Shown in pieces: positions 53,779 to 64,000 of a stretch of DNA of 64,000 nt. Location: assembly GCA_964016885.1 (NCBI GenBank), contig OZ024742.1, positions 36,270,001 through 36,334,000 of the forward strand. Direction: 5' to 3'. Numbering within the stretch: position 1 is the first letter of the stretch; each line of letters opens with the position of its first letter. The position numbers and the translations under genes were made by a program. Under the pieces are notes generated by a model. The model worked only from the letters and a program-made list of their open reading frames with translations, made no database searches and was not told the origin of the DNA. The DNA is from Eledone cirrhosa. Lineage: Eukaryota.

Positions 53779-54572
53779 GGAAAATAGTAAAATCGAATCT
53801 CTGGCGGATTGCATGTAAATTCGGCCTACTTATATGAAATGATGAGTTAGCAAAGCACTCGATAAGTTGGAGCCTTAGAGTAATAACATACGTTTAAATA
53901 GCCTACCACAATGTTCGACAAATCGAACATTGTGGTAGGCGAATCTAACACACAATATATACCAAAGCAACGATAGAACTAATCAGGTTGAGAAAAATAC
54001 ACCTGGACAAATCAAACGATCAAATACTTAAAGTGTTTATTTGAATCCGAAATCAAATATCATACTTACGTGACTGGCAAGCTCGTGGTATTCATGATCG
54101 AACGGAGGATTCAGTTTTTCAACAGGTTTTTTTCGTTCTACCAAGGACCGAAGTGATAAGCTATATGTTGCTGCTATATATGCTGCGTATCGTATCTACA
54201 GCTGTCACGTGTTAATTCCGGAAAGGGAAATAACCACCGGTTTTTGGCGGGTCATTCAAAATATTTTAATTTCCGCTAATCATCATGATAAGCTCTCAAC
54301 TAGATGTTATAAAACAAACACAAATAATTAACCAATCAACAGAATTGTCTAATTAAATTAATTAGTTAATTATTAAATCTAGGAGAATAATATAATTGGA
54401 AAATAGTAAAATCGAATCTCTGGCGGTTTGCAAGTAAATTCGGCCTACTTATATGAAATGATGAGTTAGCAAAACACTCGATAAGTTGGGGCCTTAGAGT
54501 AATAACATACGTTTAAATAGCTTGACAAATCGAACATTGTGATAGGCGAATCTAACACACAATATATACCAA

Positions 54573-54574
<2 letters not shown>
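53773..54574. mobile_element. Unclassified ~620-bp element with ~190-bp direct terminal repeats (partial tandem), inserted in (TA)n
   Basis: 53773-53967 and 54391-54574 are near-identical direct repeats, with (TA)n on both sides. Confidence 0.7.
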
Positions 54575-54607
<33 letters not shown>

Positions 54608-54673
54608 ATTGATGTATATATATATATATCAATGATATTAAATAAATGAAGGCTATGTTTATAAAACCATATT

Positions 54674-54732
54674 TATTCTATTATATATATTTCAAGAGTA
54701 CCAAAACTTTAGTACTCTCATCAGATAAAATA
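54674..54732 (-). ncRNA. Minimal type I hammerhead ribozyme motif (irregular stem II base)
   Basis: TATTTTAT-CTGATGA-GAGTACtaaagttttgGTACTCtt-GAAA-TATATATA-ATAGAATA. Stem I is 8 bp, stem III is palindromic, and the cleavage triplet is AUA. Confidence 0.6.
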
Positions 54733-54797
54733 CAAAGTTTGTTTTATAAATATTGACATATCCAGGAAGAAGATCTTAACGGTTCAAGTTTTTCCTG

Positions 54798-54886
<89 letters not shown>

Positions 54887-54995
54887 TGGAATAGAATGAA
54901 ACGAAATTTCATTTCTCACTCTTAATACGGCACTTACTTAAATGTAAGTATGTATGTATACGTACATACATATATGTATACAGACGTACAGTAGC

Positions 54996-55074
<79 letters not shown>

Positions 55075-55152
55075 TATATATATACATACAGCCGTTAATT
55101 TTCATAAGGAAAGTATATACTTTCGAACGTTCAACCATCTGGCAGAAGGGTA

Positions 55153-55197
55153 TACGGTGCTGACGATAGCTAACAAGCTTGAAACTAGTACATCGTA
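55153..55197 (+). ncRNA. Minimal type I hammerhead ribozyme
   Basis: TACGGTG-CTGACGA-tAGCTaacaAGCTt-GAAA-CTAGTA-CATCGTA. Stem I is 7 bp, the core is intact, stem III is palindromic ACTAGT, and the cleavage triplet is GUA. Confidence 0.8.
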
Positions 55198-55359
55198 CCT
55201 GTGTCAGTGTTGAACAAAAAGGTGATGTGGTTGCCTTAACACTGTACGGCATAAATCAGGCTGTCCGTTTGTTTACAAACGGACAAAGCGGACGTTATAA
55301 TAAATGTCCGCTAAACTGATACGTACATATATATATGTGTGCCTGTATGTATATATATG

Positions 55360-55867
<508 letters not shown>

Positions 55868-55870
<3 letters not shown>

Positions 55871-56365
55871 CAAATAAAGATTCAGTGAGAATTGCATTTC
55901 GGCGGGCAGGAAAAGCGAAGCGAAACGCAAAAATCAGAAATGATACTGGCAAAGTGCTCAATAGTTAAAAATCAGAGCTAAACAATGTGTTAAGAAGCCA
56001 TACAAAACTGAAAAGGTGGTCAAGAAGGCATTAACCACCCAAGCCAAAAACCAAATCAAGCTAAACAGGTCAAATCAAAATAAATGATAAAAAATAAATA
56101 ACCAGACCTCGACTCCCGGAATTGCTGTTAAAATCCGATCTAGAGTTTTTGTGACACCTAAAGTCTGCTTAAAAATATAAGCTTTGGGTATAACGATCGA
56201 ACAAGGAATATCACGTTATCAACAGGTATTTCGCTCTGTACCAAATAAGTGAATGACACGATGGTAAGTTAAACCACGTGTGGAAATTACAAGAGGAATA
56301 ACCCCAGATTTTGGCAAAGTAATTCAGTTAGTGTAAATCATGCGAAAAATAGCATAAATAGCAAA

Positions 56366-56370
<5 letters not shown>
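55868..56370. mobile_element. Unclassified ~500-bp (TA)n-flanked interspersed repeat
   Basis: 55868-56099 recurs inverted at 58905-59137. 56178-56328 is similar to 54078-54259. Confidence 0.7.
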
Positions 56371-56414
<44 letters not shown>

Positions 56415-56473
56415 AAAGTGAGGTTTTTTTTACAAAATGAAAATTAACCGAGGTGTCCTACACGAGTGGAAGT

Positions 56474-56619
56474 ATAAAGAAAAAGTGATGAAATCGAAAA
56501 TGCAACTGAAGTCTTATTTTTTTTAAAAATATATATATTTATTTGGTTCCTTTACCGGTTTCACAGTTCTGCTTTTCAAAAGGTGAGTTGAGATGGAGGG
56601 TCTGTGGTTTTTCTCACAT
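56474..56619 (-). mobile_element. Penelope-like pseudo-LTR fragment with hammerhead
   Basis: Near-identical reverse complement of 62459-62605. Confidence 0.75.
56549..56583 (-). ncRNA. Minimal hammerhead ribozyme, U3-A8 variant (shortened stem II loop)
   Basis: CCTT-TTGAAAA-GCAGaaCTGT-GAAA-CCGGTA-AAGG. Confidence 0.7.
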
Positions 56620-56915
56620 ATATATATATATAAAGTATTTAGCAATATTTCGTGTAGTATATAGATAATGTATGTGTATATATATATATCCCTTTCTTTT
56701 CATTAGAAGTGGTAAGCACTAACACAACAATATTAGAAGTAGTAAAAGTAACAACACAGCAACAACAGAAAGAGTAGCAATTCATGCTCTCTTTAGTCGA
56801 TATAAACGAACATCTTTGATCAGATATGAACCCTTTCATGGCTAACCTATGGTCAAACAACAATAACAACTTTGTCAACACGAGGCTGAAAAGGTAATCT
56901 TTACGTTGTTCCGTC

Positions 56916-56949
<34 letters not shown>

Positions 56950-56990
56950 ACAAGAGTTGTAGGAACAACAAGACTATTGGTTGTAGTAAC

Positions 56991-57170
56991 AATGATTTCT
57001 AGTATAGGCACAAGGCCAGCAATTTTGGGGGAGGGAAAAGTCGATTAAGTCGACCCCAGTGCGTTACTGGTACTTTATTTTATCGACCCCGTAAAGATGA
57101 AAGGCAAAGTTAACTTCAGCGGGATTTGAACTCAGAACGTAAAGGGCCGTAACTCTATGCCACGAAGCAT
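56991..57170 (-). mobile_element. Second copy of the tRNA-derived SINE (5' part missing or replaced)
   Basis: Near-identical to 53172-53337 at an offset of ~3820. The B-box is at 57121-57133. Confidence 0.85.
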
Positions 57171-57204
57171 GTATAAAGCACGGTCTAACCAATAATAACA
57201 ACAG

Positions 57205-58385
57205 TTACAATGTTTACCACCAGCCAATGAAGGTCACCTCTACATGATTGCTCGACATGCTAGTAACAGCATCTAAATCACACACTGAAGTCTTAAATAA
57301 AGTAAATGTTCGATATTCTAGTCATAGGCATACCCCTAAGGAGACAGGGTGGTCACGGCTGGGACACATTTGATCCATACGTTCGTACAATCAGGCCTGC
57401 CTTGGTGCTAAATAGCAACAACAACAACATCAATAACAACAACATCATCATAGTTTACCACGAGCTCAAAAGGTGACCTCTACATAGCCACTCAACCAGC
57501 TAGAAATAGCAACCAAATCTCTCCCTCAAATCTCACAAGATTAATTTAATCCCCCTAAAAGACAGGATGCCACGTCTGGAACATCTTTGATCCATAGATT
57601 TGCTGGATCTGGACTGACGTGGGGCTAAACAAGAACAGTTGCTACGAACATCTGAGAGTGTCCACTACATCTGCTGAATCAGCTAAAAATCTCTGTCAAA
57701 TCAGAAAAGAACATAACACTCTAAAAGACATGATGCTTCAAAAGACAGGTTGGTCACAGCTGGAACGCTTTTCATCCATATGTCAGGCCTGTCAGTGCTG
57801 ACCTTGTACTAAATATCTACAATAGCATTGTTAGCCGTAAGTCTAGAAATAGCAGTGACATCTCTCCCTCAAATCACACAAGACTCATTCAATTATGTTA
57901 CTCCTAGACATAATCCCTAAAAAGATGATGTGGCCATGTCTGGAATGGCTTTGATCCATAAATCAACTCGATTGAGGCAGACCTGGTGTTAAACAACAAG
58001 AACAGTTACAATATTTGCCACGAACCAATGAGTACCCACAACATGGTCGTTCAATTAGGTAGAAATAGCAGCCAAATCACAAGCATAAAAGTCTGAAACG
58101 AAAAATATGGACAATGTTAATTCTAAGATATACAGCTAAAACGGTGGCGTGGTCATAGCTGGAACGTCTTTGATCAATTGGTCTGCACAATTAAGGCCTA
58201 CCTTGTGTTCAACACCAACATTGTTTACCATGAGTAAAATTGCTCCATCAAATCACACAAAAATAACATAGTAGATAACGTTAATCCCAATTCATTCATT
58301 ACTCCGAAGAAGACAGGGTGGTTCTGGCGGGAACACCTTTGATCTATTGATATGTAGTATCATAGCTGACGTGGTGCTGTTGCTA
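57205..58385 (+). repeat. About six diverged head-to-tail copies of a ~200-240-bp repeat with CAA-like tails
   Basis: Recurring motifs CTAGAAATAGCA..AAATC..CTCAAATCACAC, AAGACAGG.TGGTCA.GGCTGGAAC...TTTGATCCATA and GACCT.G.GCTAAACAAC. Confidence 0.7.
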
Positions 58386-58663
58386 AACGCCATACATCGT
58401 TGTATATGACGCTGTTTACATGTAACGTTGTTTATGGTCTTGTTTACAGAGCTGTTTACTGTGATTCCCCAGTCAATATACAGTATATTATCTACTGAAA
58501 TCAATTAAACATCTGATCTGTCCCGTGACGTCATACAGCCGATATTTATTGAGCTTCTTCATTTATCTATATATGTATGCATGTTTGTATGAATGTATGT
58601 GTGTATATATATATATGTGTGTGTGTGAGTGTATATATCCTTACAATATTTACTGTATATATG

Positions 58664-58720
<57 letters not shown>

Positions 58721-58904
58721 CATGTATGTGTTTTTGTCTGGTTGTTTGTTTGTGTGTGTGTGTTTGCGCATACATTTCAGTATCTGTTTGTCCAAACTTC
58801 CATGCGTCATTCAGTTGGTCTTTATATTTAACTGCCATCTCGTTTCGGTTACAATGACATTTTACTAGAAAGACTTATATATATATATATATATATACAT
58901 ATAT

Positions 58905-59135
58905 ACATTTATTTTTTATCATTTATTTTGTTTTGACCTATTTAGCTTGATTTGGTTTTTGGCTTGGGTGGTTAATGCCTTCTTGACCACCTTTTCAGTT
59001 TTGTATGGCTTCTTAACACTGTTTAGCTCTGGTTTTTAACTATTGAGCACTTTGCCAGTATCATTTCTGATTTTTGCGTTTCGCTTCGCTTTTCCTACCC
59101 GCCGAAAATGCGATTCTCGCTGAACCTTTATTTGT

Positions 59136-59137
<2 letters not shown>
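58905..59137. mobile_element. Inverted partial copy of the 55868 element
   Basis: Reverse complement of 55868-56099, flanked by (TA)n. Confidence 0.8.
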
Positions 59138-59404
<267 letters not shown>

Positions 59405-59406
<2 letters not shown>

Positions 59407-60025
59407 AAAAAAGGAAAAGAATGACTTCACTTGTAGTTCTAAACAATTTGAATATAATATTATGAGTTGGTAGATCTAGTAAGTTCTTTGTTAACTTCGG
59501 TGGGAAGATTTTTAAAGATTCCTGGTTAACTTTCCTGGAGAAATTTCTCGCATCCTGCCATTATATTCATCAAAGGACATGTATTGAAATGGAACCAGCA
59601 GGAGGGCACTTTTACAGCCCCTTTCTTAAACATGCTTTAAAAAAAACCAACACCACTCCCAACCCATTATCTTGCTGACGCCATTCACCATTTTCTGTGT
59701 ATATATGCGCGTGTGTGTGTGTGTATGCTTTAATTCATTTAAATCTTCAACACATTCACTCCCACCGTCATTAACACCGCACCCACCCCCAAGGCACATC
59801 CAAATCTATTTTATATATAGAATCACACATCACAACACAACCTGATTTCAGTTTGACAATCGCCACCGACGAATGCAAGAAAGTTCTCCAAGAATCTTTT
59901 AAAATCTTCACACTAAAGTTAACAAAGAACTTACTAGATCTACCAACTCATAATATTATATTATAATATTAAATCAAAATTGTTTAGAACTACAAGTGAA
60001 GTCATTCTTATCTTTTTTTCAAATA
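59405..60025. mobile_element. Foldback element with ~135-bp imperfect inverted repeats
   Basis: 59405-59538 (AAGAATGACTTCACTTGTAGTTCTAAACAATTT...TTATGAGTTGGTAGATCTAGTAAGTTCTTTGTTAACTT) is mirrored at 59876-60022. Confidence 0.75.
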
Positions 60026-60235
60026 TACCTAACTGTACCAAGGATTTCACACATTTTCCAATATCTATCATCTTACTCACACGAAGTCGTTTCCCTCACT
60101 GTTTAACGAAAGTGTGCACTCTAGCCAGCTGGGTTCGAATTTTGATAATACGAACTTAGTTTTCCATTGAATGAGTGAGGAAACGGTCGAAGCTATGTCC
60201 GTTCTATTCGACTTGCTTCGTTTCCTAATTATATA

Positions 60236-60730
60236 TACCGTATATGCTGGTGTACAGGTTGATCCGGCGCATAGGTCGACCCCTAAAATTCTGACGTGTA
60301 ATTCAGGTTTAGGCCTATATTCGCCGAATAAGACGACCCACAAAAAATAAAGCAGTTGCAGGGGAAATAATTCAAAAAATTTAGTGGCACGCTAAAGGCT
60401 AAAACACTTCTTCTGAAACATTTCAGTCACAAGTCAGTTTAACTCACTGAGTAAACAAGCCTAGCCTAACCTTAACGAACCTATGTTAATCTATACAATA
60501 GGCTACGACAAGTCATTGATATTATTATAAACTCTACGATAAATAGACTTAACAAATATGAGAGCCAGTAGGAAATAGTTGTGGTGGGCTGCTAGAGTTA
60601 TGGTAAGTGGTGTACAACGAGTGTTAGGCAGGTAGTTTTACTGTTTACCCCTCAGTGGTAAAGGATCTCAAGTTGACCCCTGATTTTAGAGAGATTTTTT
60701 AGGTTCCAAAGATCGACTTGAGCTCCGGCC
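60236..60730. mobile_element. Probable non-autonomous pogo/Tc2-like DNA transposon relic
   Basis: Left end TA-CCGTATATGCTGGTGTA..., followed by repeated (ATAAG)TCGACCCC subterminal motifs. The matching AAGTTGACCCC...GATCGACTT motif is at 60670-60720. The right terminus is not intact. Confidence 0.5.
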
Positions 60731-60896
60731 GTTTCAACAACTAGATCTTTCTGTCAAAACGGCCGGAGCTCAGCCGTCGGGCTCCTGATTCTTTTCCTAT
60801 TACCCACTCTACTACGCTAAGTATCGAGTACTCTGGTGCGTAATGGTCCACCTGGTTTCTTACCACACTTTCTTTGTTTTTTATATATATGAATAA

Positions 60897-60927
<31 letters not shown>

Positions 60928-61054
60928 GTATTTTCCGTAGTGTTGTAATATGATGGACAGCTCACGTAGATAGCAGCTGTTTTCAGGTTATGTAACTGTT
61001 ATTGAAACACGTGTCAATAAATTCCTTTTAACTGAACTGTATCCATTTAAATCC

Positions 61055-61084
<30 letters not shown>

Positions 61085-61090
<6 letters not shown>

Positions 61091-61264
61091 AATAGAAATC
61101 GAAAATGCAACTGGAGTCTTTTTTAAGAATATTTATTTATTTCCTTTACCGGTATCACATTTTTTGATAGTTGGGTTTGTAATGGGTAATTTGGCATTGG
61201 TGAGTAATGTTTTTAGTAATTTAGGTTGTCTTTTGTTTTTGATTATTTTGTGTGTTTCCAGTGC
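61085..61264 (-). mobile_element. Internally deleted Penelope-like fragment: ORF linker fused to the 3' half of a hammerhead and the pLTR end
   Basis: 61264-61157 translates to ALETHKIIKNKRQPKLLKTLLTNAKLPITNPTIKKC, homologous to ILETHKILKSKRQPKSLKRILT...LNPTVTKC of the 63-kb ORF. It continues into ACCGGTAAAGG...GTTGCATTTTCGATTTC, as at 62522-62590. Confidence 0.8.
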
Positions 61265-61300
61265 TTAGTGTGGGGTTTACCGAATAGAGATGTGCGTATG

Positions 61301-61648
61301 TGTGTGTGTAGGAAAGTGATTCCTTTAGTAGGAATATTTTTGAATGAACATATTTTCCTTACTTTTTCGTGTTTGCTGTTGTATTGCCAGTGCAAACGTA
61401 TGTTAAGGTTTATTTAGTTCGGGTTTTTATTTTCTAAAGTAGAAGGTGTTATGTGTGTGTGTGTATGTCATATTGTGGTGTTGACATAATGTATATTAAA
61501 CCTTATTTAATGTTGGTCTATATTTTTGAATAAACATATTTTCATTATTTATTCGCATTTGTTCTGTTGTATTGTTAGCGCAAAGGTAAAAGGAAAATAT
61601 GTTCATTCAAAAATATTCCTACTAAAGGAATCACTTTCCTACACACAC
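61301..61648. repeat. ~59-bp inverted repeat (61301-61359 / 61590-61648)
   Basis: GTGTAGGAAAGTGATTCCTTTAGTAGGAATATTTTTGAATGAACATATTTTCCTT and its reverse complement. Confidence 0.9.
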
Positions 61649-62494
61649 ACATACACACACACACAATATATATATATATATATATATTCTCTTCATCTTA
61701 ACATGCTAACCATACTCCCACACAAATAACACCCATACACACGCATAACAACCCCCACACCTACAACTCCCTACCCATTTCTACTAATAGAACCACTTTC
61801 CTACACACATATATATATACACACACACAAAATATATATTCTCTCCATCTTAACGTACTCGCACACACACACATAACACCCATATACACACACACACAAC
61901 TCCCTCCCCCATCTCTACTAATAGAATCATCTTCCAATACACACATACACACACACACACACACACATACACATACAAGCACACAAATAAACATACATAT
62001 CTTCAGTCTCAATAGAAAATCTGAACTCTGACACCCCGAAGAGCTGGCCATATTCACTGAACCAGAACATTTCTCCCAATCCCTTTTCTCTTGACCACTA
62101 TCTCTCCATTGTCATAACATTCACTATAAAGACTACAGAATAGTTTTCCAAATAAGGGCGCAAAAATGTATTGAAAACTTGTTCACGTGACAGCCAAATT
62201 TCATTTATAACCAACCAAAAAAAAGCCTTCGTGAGCCTCCTTTTTTCAAGTAAAAAGAAATTTAAACACTCATATATGAAAAAAACAACCTGTGACAACG
62301 CCCCTCCCCCCTCTCTCTTATTTGAAGAACTATTGTAACGCGAACTGGCGCGAAATTTATTATAATTATTGACAAACCAATCAAATTACTTCTCGAAAAA
62401 CCTGGCATTTCGAGCCACTTTTTCCATATAAAACAAGTAACATTCAGAGACCAACCAGATGTGAGAAAAACCACAGACCCTCCATCTCAACTCA

Positions 62495-62532
62495 CCTTTT
62501 GAAAAGCAGAATAACTGCGAAACCGGTAAAGG
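62495..62532 (+). ncRNA. Minimal type I hammerhead ribozyme, U3-A8 variant
   Basis: CCTT-TTGAAAA-GCAGaataaCTGC-GAAA-CCGGTA-AAGG. Stems I and II are perfect, stem III is palindromic ACCGGT, and the cleavage triplet is GUA. Confidence 0.85.
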
Positions 62533-62600
62533 AACCAAATAAATATATATATTTAAAAAAAAAAAAGACTTCAGTTGCATTTTCGATTTCATCTCTTTTT

Positions 62601-62686
<86 letters not shown>

Positions 62687-62698
62687 ATATATGTATAT

Positions 62699-62745
<47 letters not shown>

Positions 62746-62845
62746 AAATTGAGGTTGGTAATGGCACATGGAATATATAAGAGACAGAATACTTTTTTGT
62801 GAAAAAACATAATTTTATAAGGTAAGGAAATAATAAAGGGTATAA

Positions 62846-62893
62846 AAAATGACCGGTTTCGATGGGTCTGCAAAAGCCATCTTTTCAAATGTT
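62846..62893 (-). ncRNA. Minimal type I hammerhead ribozyme, U3-A8 variant, different family
   Basis: AACAT-TTGAAAA-GATGGcttttgcagacCCATC-GAAA-CCGGTC-ATTTT. Stem I has one mismatch and the cleavage triplet is GUC. Confidence 0.75.
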
Positions 62894-63057
62894 GATTAAT
62901 ATTAAGAAAAATTAATAATACGAAGAGTTAAAATTTGAGACTTGAAAATTCAAGTATAAAATTCATTGTGGGATTTCATAGCAGTTTTCATCTAGGTAGC
63001 AACAACAGGTTGACTGCTGTGTCCCTTTCTGGTAGTGAATGAGAAGTTATTTGGGGT

Positions 63058-63687
63058 GTGGGTTATTTTATAAAGGTCAGATTTAGCAATAGCCAGCTGG
63101 TGGTCAGTGAGGGGGTGGAAGCAATATACAAAAACCTCCCCATCCTACTTAAAGATGTAAAAATGAAGTCTATTCTTGAAACACACAAGATCCTTAAAAG
63201 TAAAAGACAACCCAAATCACTTAAACGCATTCTCACTGGACCAAATATACCCAAACCAATCCTCAACCCTACAGTTACCAAATGTGGTAGAACAAACTGT
63301 GGAACGTGCCTCTACCTCACTGAAGGACAAACATTTACATTCAAAGATGGCCAAACATTTACAGTAAAAAACAATTTCACCTGCAACTCGGAGAACTTGA
63401 TTTACGCAATAACTTGCGGTGGGTGCAAACACAACTACATAGGACAGACGGGCACCTCATTACGCAAAAGAATGACCATCCACCGCCAACAAATCCGGGA
63501 CGCTAACACAAGAAAAATCCCCTTGAGCAGCCATATTGCGAACTGCGCAGGAATGACACTACCCAACTTTAAAATCTTCCCCTTCTACAAGTGCTCAGAT
63601 TCGTTCACACAACAACAAAGAATAAACAAAGAAAATCTATTCCTTAACAAATTTAAACCAAAACTAAACGGGTTATCACCCCAATAG
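63058..63687 (+). mobile_element. Penelope-like retroelement, 5'-truncated ORF (Cys-rich linker and GIY-YIG endonuclease)
   Basis: Motifs KRQPKSLKRILT, CGRTNCGTC, FTCNSENLIYAITCGGCKHNYIGQTG..LRKRM..HR, H, and R..KE..F....KPKLN. The frame is open to TAG but no RT domain is present. Real homology probably starts near 63118. Confidence 0.9.
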
Positions 63688-64000
63688 AATTGTCATAAAA
63701 TATAAACACACATACGCACGGAATCACTACTATTAAAGACCAGAGACCAATTCTGTAGAATCAGGTTTATTCATTGACAGACCATGCCTTTGTGTGACCA
63801 ACACATCCATGTTAAACCCTGCACGTGCACACACGTATATCTATATATATATGCGCACACAGAATTATTTTAATTTCACTGCCCCAACTTCTTATATTAT
63901 GGAAAAAATATATGTGTCTGTATGTATATATATATATATATATATTTGAAGGCCATTTCTCTGTGTGTGGGTGTATGTATGTGTGTGTGTGTGTGTGTGA

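Noticed and set aside
59530-59580. Possible hammerhead on the - strand (TTGATGA...GAAA)
   Set aside because: U3/G8 is unmatched, there is no clear stem II, and the stem III and cleavage-site geometry is wrong.
60940-60990. CTGAAAA-CAGCT...AGCTG hairpin on the - strand
   Set aside because: No GAAA follows the stem and C3/A8 is mismatched, so it is not a hammerhead.

Overview
Eukaryotic, gene-free repetitive DNA. The SINE type and the abundant (TA)n/(CAA)n microsatellites suggest an octopus or other cephalopod genome, but this is an inference. About 50 kb (~480-50700) is one GTT-derived satellite with a 54/57-bp unit, ~86% G+T on the + strand and kb-scale higher-order duplications. It produces all the V/D/G 'ORFs'. 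On the - strand it has mucin-like and Gln/His-rich frames, but recurrent stops and frameshifts break them. Fragments of a CRE-like non-LTR retrotransposon (restriction-like endonuclease, RLE) lie on both sides of it. Further compound minisatellites follow, then ~11 kb of transposon debris between (TA)n tracts. This debris includes two tRNA-derived SINE copies, a probable CCGTA-ended DNA transposon relic, a Penelope-like GIY-YIG ORF, a second Penelope fragment, and five minimal type I hammerhead ribozyme motifs from four sequence families. Three of the hammerheads carry the U3-A8 core variant. No host protein-coding gene is supported.
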